From Parachlamydiales bacterium (GTDB taxonomy: Bacteria > Chlamydiota > Chlamydiia > Chlamydiales > Rhabdochlamydiaceae): a stretch of 64,000 nucleotides of DNA. Below are positions 38,790 to 49,119 of the stretch, piece by piece. The stretch covers positions 320,001-384,000 of the forward strand of contig OY970065.1 of NCBI GenBank assembly GCA_963705295.1, written 5' to 3'. Position numbers and translations under genes: made by a program. Positions within the stretch are counted from its first letter, which is position 1, and every line of letters begins with the position of its first letter. The notes under the pieces are model-generated. The model was not told where the DNA came from and searched no databases. It saw only the letters and a list, made by a program, of their open reading frames with translations.

Positions 38790-38814
38790 AGGGTGGATTT
38801 CATAAACTGGATGG

Positions 38815-39522
38815 ATGAAAACCATCATTCTAGCCGGGGGCCTCGGAACCCGGCTTTCTGAAATGACGACCACAATTCCTAAGCCTATGGTTGAGATTGG
38901 GGGCAAGCCCATTCTTTGCCACATCATGGACATCTACGCCTCCTATGGGTTTTGTGAATTTGTGGTTGCGCTCGGATATAAAGCTGAAATCGTAAAGGAA
39001 TATTTTTCAAAGAACAGGGTGGAGTGGAAAATCGATTTGGTCGATACCGGAGTGGAAACCCAGACGGGAGGGCGGATCCGGCGGCTGAAGGAGTGGATCG
39101 AGAATGAGACCTTTCTGTTGACTTATGGAGACGGGGTGGGGAATGTTGATATTGAACAATTGGTTGCATTTCATAAAGAGCATGGAAAGCTGGCAACGGT
39201 GACAGCGGTTCATCCGCCGGCAAGATTTGGTGGGTTGGTGCTCGAGGGTAATCGAGTGGCAGCTTTTTCTGAGAAGAATCAAGCGATGGAGGGATGGATC
39301 AATGGGGGGTTTTTTGTTTTAGAACCGGCGGTTTTGGATTTGATTGCAGGTGATGCGACGGTTTGGGAGAGAGAGCCTTTGGAGCAGCTGGCTTTACAAG
39401 GGGAGCTGATGGCCTATTATCATGAAGGGTTTTGGCAGCCGATGGATACGGTGCGTGAGGTCCGACTCTTACAGTCTCTATGGGAATCGGGACAAGCACC
39501 TTGGAGGACGGTTTTGGTATGA
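38815..39522 (+). CDS. rfbF: Glucose-1-phosphate cytidylyltransferase
   Basis: LAGGLGTRLSE, PKPMVEIGG, VDTG..TQTGGR, TYGDGV, WINGGFF, GFWQPMDT. Confidence 0.92.
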   Translation: MKTIILAGGLGTRLSEMTTTIPKPMVEIGGKPILCHIMDIYASYGFCEFVVALGYKAEIVKEYFSKNRVEWKIDLVDTGVETQTGGRIRRLKEWIENETFLLTYGDGVGNVDIEQLVAFHKEHGKLATVTAVHPPARFGGLVLEGNRVAAFSEKNQAMEGWINGGFFVLEPAVLDLIAGDATVWEREPLEQLALQGELMAYYHEGFWQPMDTVREVRLLQSLWESGQAPWRTVLV

Positions 39523-40505
39523 CATGGAAGGATAAGAATGTTTTGGTGACAGGTGCTACAGGGCTGGTGGGATACTGGCTCTCGAAAAGGCTCATGGAAG
39601 AAGGGGCCCGTGTTGTTGCTTTTGTCCGAGATTTCGACCCTCAGAGCGAATTTTTTAGGTCCGAGCTTTACAAAAGCATGACGATTGTTCAGGGAGAATT
39701 GGAAAATTATTCTGCAATAGAAAGGGCGATCAATGAACATGAAATTAACACCGTCTTTCATCTAGGCGCTCAAACGATTGTAAGTACGGCGCTCAGAAGT
39801 CCGCTGCCGACGTTTGAATCGAATATCCGAGGGACATATCATTTGTTGGAAGCGTGTCGAAGACATTCTTCATTAGTCAAAAGAATTGTTATAGCATCGA
39901 GTGACAAAGCGTACGGAACGAGCGACATCTTGCCTTACACGGAAGAGATGACTTTAGGGGGTAAACATCCGTACGATGTTTCAAAATCGTGCGCTGACCT
40001 GATTGCTTTCTCGTATTTTCATACGTATGGACTTCCACTCGCGATAGCTCGGTGTGGAAATATTTATGGTGGAGGAGATCTTCACTTCAGTCGATTGATA
40101 CCAGGGACGATTCGGTCGCTTTATTTGAATGAGCCCCCTGTCATCCGGAGTGATGGGTTTTTTACCCGGGATTATATCTATATCCAAGATGTCGTAGAAG
40201 CGTACATTGCGGTCGCCAGAAATGTCCATCGAGACAATGTTCAAGGTCAGGCTTTTAATTTTGGTCCGAATAATCCGACCAGTGTCATGGAGGTTGTCAA
40301 TCTTTTGAAGCAGCTCATGCACCGGCACGACATTGAGCCGCATATCTTAAACTCTTCTCAAACAGAAATCCGTGATCAATATCTCAGCTCCGAAAAGGCC
40401 CTTTTGACTTTGGGATGGGAGCCACACTTTACTCTCGAAGAAGGTCTTTTAGAGACAATCCGGTGGTATGAGAAATATTTCGCCCTGTCGACTGTCCATG
40501 CCTAA
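39519..40505 (+). CDS. NDP-sugar 4,6-dehydratase (CDP-glucose 4,6-dehydratase-like)
   Basis: TGATGLVG, ASSDKAYG, PYDVSKS, RCGNIYGGGD; coupled to rfbF. Confidence 0.85.
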   Translation: MTWKDKNVLVTGATGLVGYWLSKRLMEEGARVVAFVRDFDPQSEFFRSELYKSMTIVQGELENYSAIERAINEHEINTVFHLGAQTIVSTALRSPLPTFESNIRGTYHLLEACRRHSSLVKRIVIASSDKAYGTSDILPYTEEMTLGGKHPYDVSKSCADLIAFSYFHTYGLPLAIARCGNIYGGGDLHFSRLIPGTIRSLYLNEPPVIRSDGFFTRDYIYIQDVVEAYIAVARNVHRDNVQGQAFNFGPNNPTSVMEVVNLLKQLMHRHDIEPHILNSSQTEIRDQYLSSEKALLTLGWEPHFTLEEGLLETIRWYEKYFALSTVHA

Positions 40506-41679
40506 CTGTCGATGTTGCTTTCAGCCTCTCAAGACAACGTTTTGTGATTTGGGAAATGCCCCTCTTTCCAATAGTTATCTCAAGAAGAGCGATCAAAAAG
40601 AAGCCTATTTTCCCCTCCATGCCTATGTGTGTGAAACGTGCTTTCTTGTCCAAATTGAGCAGTTTGAAAGGCCAAGTAGCATTTTTTCCGAATATCTATA
40701 TTTTTCATCGTATTCCTCATCATGGCTTGCGCATGCCAAAGAATACGCAGAGAAAATGATCGATCGTTTTTCACCGTCCTATGTGGTTGAGATCGCGAGC
40801 AATGACGGATATCTTCTCCAATATTTTAAAGATCGGGATGTTTTGGGTATTGAACCGGCCCACAATGTGGCGGCTAAGGCGATTGAAAAGGGCATTCCTA
40901 CTCTGACAGAATTTTTTGGCCGAGAGATGGCAAAAAAACTCGCGCGAAAAGCCGATCTATTGATTGCTAATAATGTGCTGGCGCATATTCCCGACTTGCA
41001 CGATTTTGTAGCAGGGCTTTCCATTCTGCTCGCTCCCTCCGGCATTCTAACTATAGAATTTCCCCATCTTTTGCAGCTCATGGAGCAGAATCAATTCGAT
41101 ACGATTTATCACGAACATTTTTCATATTTTTCATTGACAACGGCTCACCAAATCTTGGAAAGGTACGGGTTGGAAATCTTCGATGTCGAGGAACTTTCCA
41201 CCCATGGAGGATCTCTCCGTATCTATGTGCAACACCCAAAAGGTGTGATTCATGACAGTGTCTATGAGATTTTAGAAAAAGAAAAAAAATTAACGGAAAT
41301 AACTACCTACCATTCTTTTTCAAAACAGGTCGAGCAGGTGAAAGATTCCCTCCTGGAATTTCTCCATGAGATCAAAAAATCGGGAAAGAGTATTGCGGCC
41401 TATGGAGCTCCCGCTAAGGGAAATACCCTTCTCAATTTTTGCAAGATTTCGACCGATTTGATCCCGTTCACGGTCGATATCAGCCCGCATAAACAAGGCT
41501 GTTTTTTACCAGGAAGTCGGCTTCCGATTTATCCACCCTCTAAGATTGACGAAGTTCGTCCCGATTATCTCGTGATTCTTCCTTGGAATTTAAAAACGGA
41601 AATCATGAAACAGATGGACTCTATTCGGTCCTGGGGAGGGAAATTTGTGATCCCTATTCCTCAACTAGAAATTGTTTGA
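40498..41679 (+). CDS. SAM-dependent NDP-hexose C-methyltransferase family protein
   Basis: Zn ligands CRCC and CETC, EIASNDGYLL, FDTIYHEHFSY, THGGSLR, YGAPAKGNTLLN, ILPWNL. Confidence 0.88.
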   Translation: MPNCRCCFQPLKTTFCDLGNAPLSNSYLKKSDQKEAYFPLHAYVCETCFLVQIEQFERPSSIFSEYLYFSSYSSSWLAHAKEYAEKMIDRFSPSYVVEIASNDGYLLQYFKDRDVLGIEPAHNVAAKAIEKGIPTLTEFFGREMAKKLARKADLLIANNVLAHIPDLHDFVAGLSILLAPSGILTIEFPHLLQLMEQNQFDTIYHEHFSYFSLTTAHQILERYGLEIFDVEELSTHGGSLRIYVQHPKGVIHDSVYEILEKEKKLTEITTYHSFSKQVEQVKDSLLEFLHEIKKSGKSIAAYGAPAKGNTLLNFCKISTDLIPFTVDISPHKQGCFLPGSRLPIYPPSKIDEVRPDYLVILPWNLKTEIMKQMDSIRSWGGKFVIPIPQLEIV

Positions 41680-42438
41680 CCACTTCTCTAATATCTTCGT
41701 TCACTTCTTCGATGTTTAAAACAAATCCGATCCATCTGCAACAAGCATTATGGAGACGACGGCATTTATCTTGAATGGTTCCAGGGGCATAAAACCTTTG
41801 TTTATATTCTGCAGAAACAGGATGTGCAGGAGGTTTCCATTCCCCGTCTTGGTAGACGAACCCCTCTTTCATCCATTTGTAAAAATGGGAAAAAGAAAAT
41901 ACGATATACCAGGGATAACAATCCAAGCTGGTTAAAGCAACTGTTGGAGAGCGACCCATACCATTTTTTCAAGTTGCTGAAGGAAGGTTGGAAGATCGTC
42001 CAAAATCTTAAAAACGAGACAACTGATGATTTGCATGGTCTCAAAAAGGGCTGGTTGAATTTCTTCGTCTGTCCATAAAGTTTCATTCGATAGGGTGCTT
42101 TCAATTTGGGTGATATAGGTGATGTAACGAGCCACCAAACGGCCGATTTCTGCATTGGGTTGAGCGATTCTATAATTCCCATCATCCGACTTTCTGAAAA
42201 CATAGGGAGGAATGGTATTGTCAATTAAAGAAGTTGCAAATTGGCGCGCTTCTCGAATTAACTCTACTGAATTCCCAGGGCAACGAGGGCGACGGCATAA
42301 TCGATAAAGAACCCCTGCTGCGCAAGCTATTAAAATGGGCCAAACGATATTAAAAATTCTTTTGGCGAGGGTTTGATGGTGACACAGAGGATTCCAGAAG
42401 AAGTGTTGAACGACTGAATGAGAGCAGGGAGTGACCAT
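41654..42438 (-). pseudogene. Hypothetical gene split by a 1-nt frameshift at an A6 run
   Basis: ORFs 41932-42438 and 41654-41959 fuse if one A is added to the run at 41964-41969. Confidence 0.6.
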
Positions 42439-42441
42439 GCT

Positions 42442-43356
42442 CTATAGTTTAAGCCTCTTTCTGTAATTTGAAAATCTGAAAAAATTTTTGGTGATTTTAT
42501 AGAAGGAGAGAAGGGGGAGAAGAAAAGGGAACCCCTGACAGAGCAAAGCTAACATTTTGTAGAAAAATGAGGGAGCGAGGGGGAGAGCTTTTGCGGTGTC
42601 ACCGGCGAGGAGGAATCGGACGAAAAAAGAACGGCGGCATAGGTTTAAGTCGTGTTCAAGTTCGGATTTCAGAGGAAATCTGGCTAAGAGTTTTTTGAAA
42701 GCGGCTTCGGAATGGAGCAAATCTTGTGAGTTGGAAAAAGAGTCTGGATGATGGAGGAAGAGGCCACACGGTTTTTTTGAAATGACGTAGGGGAATTTTG
42801 AGGCAATTTGTAAGAGATAATCGCAGTCCCAAAAGAGAGGGTTATCGGAGTCAATAGAGACATGTTTTAAGATGTCGGAGTGAAATAATACCGTCGTTGG
42901 AACAGGGTATTGTCCGACTAGAGGGGACATTCCTTCAAATTTTCCTTCCCTTTCCCATTCATCCAAAGGAATGCGGACGATTTTTTTATCGGGAGTGGCG
43001 ATGATGGTGGATCCTGCGACAAACCCCGCTTCGGGGTATTTCTGGAACTGTCCGATCGCTGTTTCGAAAAAGTTTGGAAAGAGGATGTCGTCGTCGGAGA
43101 GGAAGGAGAAAAAGGGTGTTTTGATCAGAGATAGAGAAAATTGGTAGTTTCCGATCATGCCGATGTTGGTCTCGTGGCAGTGGTAATGGAGGCGGCTGTC
43201 TTGGAAGGATGCAACGACACCTGGTGTTTCATCACCCGATGCATTGTCGCAAACCCAGATTTCGAAGTTGGTGTAGGTTTGTGACAAAACGCTTCCGATC
43301 GCTTTTTTCAAAAGCGCAGGTCGTCTGAATGTGGGTATTAACGTGGTGATTTTCAA
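42442..43356 (-). CDS. GT2 glycosyltransferase
   Basis: IPTFRRP, VCDNASGD, FLSDDD; TTG start overlaps the wzx stop. Confidence 0.92.
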   Translation of the reverse strand: MKITTLIPTFRRPALLKKAIGSVLSQTYTNFEIWVCDNASGDETPGVVASFQDSRLHYHCHETNIGMIGNYQFSLSLIKTPFFSFLSDDDILFPNFFETAIGQFQKYPEAGFVAGSTIIATPDKKIVRIPLDEWEREGKFEGMSPLVGQYPVPTTVLFHSDILKHVSIDSDNPLFWDCDYLLQIASKFPYVISKKPCGLFLHHPDSFSNSQDLLHSEAAFKKLLARFPLKSELEHDLNLCRRSFFVRFLLAGDTAKALPLAPSFFYKMLALLCQGFPFLLPLLSFYKITKNFFRFSNYRKRLKL

Positions 43357-44801
43357 ATAATAACCTCTTTTTTCCGCAGAAGAGATGTCCTCCAAAAACA
43401 GGCCAAAAGTCCGACTAGAAAAATAAAACCGAGGAGGAAAAAGGTTTGCACCCGATTGAGATCAGATGGAAAGAACCACCGTGCCAATAAAAAAATACAA
43501 AGGGAGCTCAATGCTGGAAGAAGATTATCTTGGATGTACCACCTTTTCATCTCGGATTTTAAGATTTTCCGGTGCATGAGAGGAATGGTCACTGCAAAAT
43601 ATCCGACATTTAGAACAATCATGATCCCGGCCGCTCCGTAGGCTCCCCAGGTTTTAACAGCCCAAATCCAGGGAAGCGTTAAAACTCCAATGGCGCAGAG
43701 ATTTTGAATCAGGGTGAGCTTGGTCCACCCATGGGCTAATTGGAGGCCGTAAGGAATACTGAGAAGATTGTTGAGGGCTGTTCCTAAGACGAGCAAAGGA
43801 AGTAGATGAGGAAGATTTTGGATTCCTAAAACCGATAAAATTTCCGGAGTGAAGAAAATGAGCGAGCACGCAATGGGTATGATGAAACAGGAAACAAGTT
43901 GAGAGCTAAAATGGTAGAGATCGCTCAATCTCTGCGGATTGGAAAGTTCGTGAGAAAAACGGGGGAAAAAAGTCGCAAAGATAGGACCTGTTATATGGTA
44001 CAGTCCATTTGCTAATGAACTTGCAAAGGCATAATGCCCAAATGTTTCAAGGGGTAGGAATCGACTCAAGAAAACTTTATCGAGATTATGGAGAATCAGC
44101 ACTGTGAGAGAAATCCCTGTCATTCCTGCAGAAAACTTGGAAACCTTTTTCAAAGCAGCAAATTGAAATTTCGGTTTATTTTCCCGAGGCAAACTCTTCC
44201 ATAAAAGAAAGGCAGCAGCTAGAGATTGAGACAAATTGACAAAGGCATGCCAAATAAAAAAAGCTTCTAACGTATTGGATATCCAGGCTAAGACCATCAC
44301 CGATCCAAGCGCCCTCAAGGCGGCACAAAAAGAGACGAGATAATTGAGCGGAACCTGTTTTTCGAGTCCCATCAGAGCACCTGAATAAAATCCAAAAGGC
44401 CAAAGCGCCGCAAGGGTGATTCCCATGCACATCAGTCCATTTTGAAGATGGGAGAGGGTGAGTTTTTCAGGATGGAACCAGTGGGATGCTAGCCAAGGAG
44501 AAATCGAGATACAAACCAGCCCGATCACCCCTGCCATAGCCCAGTAGATCACTTCAACCGTCCGAACAAAGTTGTGACTATTTTCCTTTTTAGATGCCAT
44601 GAGAGCCATCTCGCGATTGGTCGTTGTTGCAAGACCGAGATCGAGTAAAATGGTTAGAACACCGGAAAGTGTGACATAAAATCCAACAAGTCCGTACGCC
44701 TCCAATCCTAAAAAACGGATGTAGAGAGGAAGAAAGGGAATTGAAAATGCGAAATACAAAAACTTTGCAGTAAAGTTAGAAATTAAATTTCTTTTAATCA
44801 T
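43353..44801 (-). CDS. wzx: Oligosaccharide flippase (Wzx-like)
   Basis: LGLEAYGL, LDLGL, LDKVFLS...FGHY; many TM segments. Confidence 0.85.
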   Translation of the reverse strand: MIKRNLISNFTAKFLYFAFSIPFLPLYIRFLGLEAYGLVGFYVTLSGVLTILLDLGLATTTNREMALMASKKENSHNFVRTVEVIYWAMAGVIGLVCISISPWLASHWFHPEKLTLSHLQNGLMCMGITLAALWPFGFYSGALMGLEKQVPLNYLVSFCAALRALGSVMVLAWISNTLEAFFIWHAFVNLSQSLAAAFLLWKSLPRENKPKFQFAALKKVSKFSAGMTGISLTVLILHNLDKVFLSRFLPLETFGHYAFASSLANGLYHITGPIFATFFPRFSHELSNPQRLSDLYHFSSQLVSCFIIPIACSLIFFTPEILSVLGIQNLPHLLPLLVLGTALNNLLSIPYGLQLAHGWTKLTLIQNLCAIGVLTLPWIWAVKTWGAYGAAGIMIVLNVGYFAVTIPLMHRKILKSEMKRWYIQDNLLPALSSLCIFLLARWFFPSDLNRVQTFFLLGFIFLVGLLACFWRTSLLRKKEVII

Positions 44802-44839
44802 GAATTTGATACTATAAACTGAATTATACTAAAATTTCT

Positions 44840-45361
44840 ATGAAATTTAATGAGACTACAATTTCTGGTGTTTATCTGATTGATCTTGAATTACTCGAAG
44901 ATGAGAGGGGTCATTTTGCAAGAACGTATTGCAAGAATGAATTTTTGCACCACGGCTTAAACCCCCATCTTGAGCAATGCAACCTGTCTTATAATCACAA
45001 AAAAGGGACTTTGCGCGGGATGCATTATCAAGAAGAACCTTATGCAGAAGCAAAGTTAATCCGGTGTGTTCGAGGGGAGATTTTTGATGTTGTCATAGAT
45101 TTGCGGCCTCAGTCTCAGACATTTGAACACTGGTGGAGTGTGGAATTGTCGTCCTCGCAGCTATTGTACATTCCTGAAGGGTGCGCTCACGGTTTTCAGA
45201 CTCTTCAAGATGGGAGTGAAGTGTTGTATCAAATGTCTTCTCCTTTTATTCCAGACGCTGCCAAAGGAATCCGGTGGGACGATCCACATTTTAAAATTGC
45301 TTGGCCGATCGAAGAAAAGATCGTCTCTAAAAAAGATCAAAATTATCCAGCCTATTTATGA
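44840..45361 (+). CDS. rfbC: NDP-4-keto-6-deoxyhexose 3,5-epimerase (RmlC family)
   Basis: DERGHF, GTLRGMHYQ, DVVIDLR, IPEGCAHGFQTL. Confidence 0.93.
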   Translation: MKFNETTISGVYLIDLELLEDERGHFARTYCKNEFLHHGLNPHLEQCNLSYNHKKGTLRGMHYQEEPYAEAKLIRCVRGEIFDVVIDLRPQSQTFEHWWSVELSSSQLLYIPEGCAHGFQTLQDGSEVLYQMSSPFIPDAAKGIRWDDPHFKIAWPIEEKIVSKKDQNYPAYL

Positions 45362-46212
45362 AAATCGTCGTTACGGGTGCTACAGGATTTATAGGAAGAT
45401 TTTGTTTGCCTCTTCTCGTCGAAAAAGGATTTGAAGTCCATGGCATCACTTCAAAGCGGCCTGTTGATATGCCGGGAATCAAAATGCATTCTCTGAATCT
45501 CCTAGAGTCTCTTGGCTTGGATGATTTTCTCCAAAAACTCCGTCCAACCCATTTACTCCATCTAGCTTGGATTACAGAGCCTGCCGTATTTTGGAATTCC
45601 CCTGATAATCACCGGTGGGTTGAAGCGAGTTTATGCCTTCTCCAGAAGTTTAAAGATTGTGGCGGAATCCGTGCTGTTGTTGCAGGAACATGCGCCGATC
45701 AAAACCCAACCACCCTGTATGGTATTTCCAAAAAAACGGTGTTCAATTTGCTGCAGCGGATTGATCTGAGCTCGGCTTGGGGGCGCATCTTCCATCTCTA
45801 CGGCCCTTACGAAAACTCGAGAAGATTTGTCCCTTCGGTCATTCTTTCTTTGCTCAAAGGAAAAGAAACATTGTGCACCCACGGAAATCAAATCCGAGAT
45901 TTTTCATTTGTCGGAGATGTTGCAAAAGTTCTCGTCGATCTCGTGATGAATTCTGTCCAAGGACCCATCGACATCGGTTCTGCAGCACCCACTTCGATTA
46001 AAAATCTTTGTTTAAAAATTGGTGAGAAAATCGGCAATCCTGAGAAAATTGTCTTTGGTGCGATTCCAACCTCTCCCGATGAACCAGCTATTTTAGTCCC
46101 TGATGTAAAACCGGTTTACAATTTTAAAACGTTAAATGAAGGCTTAGAAGAGACCATCCAATGGTGGAAATTACAACAATCATCCCAACCTATCGAAGGC
46201 CTGAAAAGCTGA
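45358..46212 (+). CDS. NAD-dependent epimerase / 4-reductase (SDR)
   Basis: TGATGFIG, LHLAW, YGISK, GRIFHLYGP. Confidence 0.88.
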   Translation: MKIVVTGATGFIGRFCLPLLVEKGFEVHGITSKRPVDMPGIKMHSLNLLESLGLDDFLQKLRPTHLLHLAWITEPAVFWNSPDNHRWVEASLCLLQKFKDCGGIRAVVAGTCADQNPTTLYGISKKTVFNLLQRIDLSSAWGRIFHLYGPYENSRRFVPSVILSLLKGKETLCTHGNQIRDFSFVGDVAKVLVDLVMNSVQGPIDIGSAAPTSIKNLCLKIGEKIGNPEKIVFGAIPTSPDEPAILVPDVKPVYNFKTLNEGLEETIQWWKLQQSSQPIEGLKS

Positions 46213-47120
46213 AAAAGGCGATCCAAACTGTTTTGGATCAGACATATCCCCACTTTAAAGTCTGTGTCTACGACAATGGTTCGGGAGATGAGACTGCTGC
46301 TGTGGTTTCGGCATTTGCCGATCGTAGGATCCACTATTTTTGTCATCCCAGGAACATCGATGCGGCTCCTAATTTTGAATATGGAATGCGGGAGGTTCAG
46401 ACCCCCTTTTTCTCTTTTCTGTCAGACGACGATCTCTTGCTGCCCGATTTTTATGCCAACGCTCTCCGAGGTTTTGAAGAATTTCCCCAGGCAGCTTTTT
46501 CTGCGGGTCGTGTGATCGACATGGCAGAGAATGGGTCCGTGATTACCATCTCGAAAAAAATTGAGAAGGAAAGAGAACTGAGAATGCCACTGGATGGTTT
46601 GTTTGAATTGATTGCGGATTACATCAATTGGACAGGGATTGTTTTCAGAAAAGAAGTGATCGATTTTTTAGACGAAGAGGTCAAACCGTTCGATGTCGAT
46701 TTTGTCCTCCGGTGTGCTGCACGGTTCCCGTACGTCGTTTCTCAGAAAAAGCATGCCATTTTCATGCATCATTCAACCTCGTATTCTGGAAATTGCGGTT
46801 TGAAGCTCGTATGGCCGAGTTGGTTGAAGATTTTAGAGAATTTGAAGAAAGTCGTTCCTCCTGAAAATCATGCACAAGTAGAAATATTGATGCGCACGCG
46901 CATGGGAGAGCTGTTAACTTCTATCGGAACTCAATCGATTCTGAAGCAAAGAGAAACGGAAGTGATGGCGATTGCCGATCTTCTCGATGTCCCTTTAAAA
47001 AGTTTCAAAGCGAAGGCGATGAAAAAAGTAATTTGTTTCTATAAAAAATATCCATCTGTCCGAAGTCTATTATCGCGTCTGATAAAAACGGCGTACGCTC
47101 TCTACAGGAAATTCCGATGA
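46161..47120 (+). CDS. GT2 glycosyltransferase, paralogue of 42442-43356
   Basis: IPTYRRP, YDNGSGD, TPFFSFLSDDD. Confidence 0.92.
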   Translation: MVEITTIIPTYRRPEKLKKAIQTVLDQTYPHFKVCVYDNGSGDETAAVVSAFADRRIHYFCHPRNIDAAPNFEYGMREVQTPFFSFLSDDDLLLPDFYANALRGFEEFPQAAFSAGRVIDMAENGSVITISKKIEKERELRMPLDGLFELIADYINWTGIVFRKEVIDFLDEEVKPFDVDFVLRCAARFPYVVSQKKHAIFMHHSTSYSGNCGLKLVWPSWLKILENLKKVVPPENHAQVEILMRTRMGELLTSIGTQSILKQRETEVMAIADLLDVPLKSFKAKAMKKVICFYKKYPSVRSLLSRLIKTAYALYRKFR

Positions 47121-48046
47121 TCTGTATCGATACACGGATGGCTTTTCATACAGGCATTGGCACGTATATCCGGAATATCATTCCGAAGCTTCCGTTTAAA
47201 AAGGTTTTAATTGCCGCGGAGAAATGGACAGACGATCCGTGTATCTTGACATCGGCGCCCATATATTCGATGGAAGAACAGCTTAAACTACCCTTTTTGA
47301 TACCGGAGTGTGATCTTTTTTGGTCGCCCCATTATAATATTCCTCTCGCACCAATCCGGGCCAAAAAACGACTCACAACGATCCATGATACGTGCCACCT
47401 CACCCATCCTCAAAATTGGCATAAAAAGCTGTATGCGAAGACGATGCTATGTAAAGCGGCTCGACTTTCCGACCATATTTTGACAAATTCAGAGTTTTCA
47501 AAAAGTGAAATCATCCGTCATACACAGGCGCCTGAGGAAAAAATCACGGTTGCCCATCTTGGCGTCGATTCTTCTCGATTTTTTCCAACGGATGAGGAGA
47601 AGGAGAAGTTTTTCCTCTATGTCGGCAGCCGGGCTCCTCATAAAAACATCGATCGGCTCCTTGAAGCATGGGAAAAAATTTCCCCCGAATGGGAACTCAA
47701 AATGAGCCCTTTTTCCGATGAAGAATTACCTTCTCTCTATCAGAAGGCTTATGCCCTCATCCATCCTTCTTTTTATGAAGGATTTGGACTGACCCCTTTA
47801 GAAGCGATGAGTTCAGGATGTCCCACCGTGGTTTCAAATCGTGCAAGTCTTCCGGAGGTGTGCGGCCCGGCAAGTCTCTATTTTGATCCTTATTCTGTGG
47901 ACGAAATAGCCTCTGCAATACGTCAACTCATCGAAAATCAAACTCTCCATATTGAATTAAAAGAAAAAGGTTTAGAAAGAAGTCGACGTTTTTCCTGGGA
48001 TAAAACGGTGCAAAAACATATCGAAATTTTGGAGAACCTTCTTTGA
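47117..48046 (+). CDS. GT4 glycosyltransferase
   Basis: GIGTY, TIHD, HKN, PSFYEGFGLTPLEAM. Confidence 0.93.
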   Translation: MICIDTRMAFHTGIGTYIRNIIPKLPFKKVLIAAEKWTDDPCILTSAPIYSMEEQLKLPFLIPECDLFWSPHYNIPLAPIRAKKRLTTIHDTCHLTHPQNWHKKLYAKTMLCKAARLSDHILTNSEFSKSEIIRHTQAPEEKITVAHLGVDSSRFFPTDEEKEKFFLYVGSRAPHKNIDRLLEAWEKISPEWELKMSPFSDEELPSLYQKAYALIHPSFYEGFGLTPLEAMSSGCPTVVSNRASLPEVCGPASLYFDPYSVDEIASAIRQLIENQTLHIELKEKGLERSRRFSWDKTVQKHIEILENLL

Positions 48047-49119
48047 AAACAGCTTTAGTCCACGATTGGCTCATGACATATGGAGGAGCTGAAAAAGTTC
48101 TAGAAGAAATCTATCAACTCTACCCGTCACCCATCTTTACTCTGATGCAAGCAGCGATTTTTCTCGATAAACCCACCGTGACATCGTTTCTCCAAAAATT
48201 CCCTCATCACCTCTATCGATACTATCTTCCTCTCCTTCCCTGGGCGATCGAACGATTTGATTTAGGCGATTTTAATCTCATTTTGTCGAGCTCTCACGCT
48301 GTTGCAAAAGGGATAAAAAAGAGGGAAGATCAGCTTCATATCTGTTATTGCCATACTCCGATGCGGTACGCTTGGGATCTCGAGGATCAATATCTCGACT
48401 CTTTAAAATTCGGACAAAAATTTTTGGCAAGGTCAGTGCTTCGGGCCTTGAGAAAGTGGGATAGAAATTCTTCTTCCAGAGTCGATCATTTTGTCGCGAA
48501 TTCCCATTATGTTGCCGATCGCATTGAGAGGTGTTATGGGAGAAAAGCCGACGTGATCTATCCTCCCGTGTCAACAGATCGATTTTTTGTATCAACTAGA
48601 AAGGAAGATTTTTACATCACCATTTCACGCCTTGTTCCTTATAAAAAAGTCGATTTGATCGTGAAGGCATTTGGGATCTTAAACGATAAGAAGTTGATTG
48701 TTGTCGGAGATGGTCCCGAAATCTCCCGTTTGAAAAAGATGGCGACCCCCAATGTGGAATTCTTAGGCCATGTGGGTGATATCGCCCCGCTTCTCAGCTT
48801 GGCAAAAGGGTTTGTTTTTGCAGCAGAGGAAGATTTTGGGATTGCACCCGTTGAAGCTGCAGCCAGTGGAACACCTGTCCTTGCGTTTGCGAAGGGAGGT
48901 GCTGCAGAAACGGTGATTGCAGGGAAGACCGGGCTGTTTTTTGATGAGCAGACTGTTACCAGCCTTGTGCATGGGATTAAAATCTTTGAGAAGCTAGAAT
49001 TTGACCCGTACCTGATTAAAACCCATGCCGAAAGGTTCAATCGGGACCGTTTTAGAAGAGAATATAAAAACTTTATTGAAGAGAAAATCGTTGAAAATAG
49101 TCATCTTAGCAGGCGGTAG
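48043..49119 (+). CDS. GT4 glycosyltransferase (WbaZ-like mannosyltransferase)
   Basis: VHDWL..GGAEKVL, YCHTPMRYAWD, EDFGIAPVEA. Confidence 0.92.
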   Translation: MKTALVHDWLMTYGGAEKVLEEIYQLYPSPIFTLMQAAIFLDKPTVTSFLQKFPHHLYRYYLPLLPWAIERFDLGDFNLILSSSHAVAKGIKKREDQLHICYCHTPMRYAWDLEDQYLDSLKFGQKFLARSVLRALRKWDRNSSSRVDHFVANSHYVADRIERCYGRKADVIYPPVSTDRFFVSTRKEDFYITISRLVPYKKVDLIVKAFGILNDKKLIVVGDGPEISRLKKMATPNVEFLGHVGDIAPLLSLAKGFVFAAEEDFGIAPVEAAASGTPVLAFAKGGAAETVIAGKTGLFFDEQTVTSLVHGIKIFEKLEFDPYLIKTHAERFNRDRFRREYKNFIEEKIVENSHLSRR

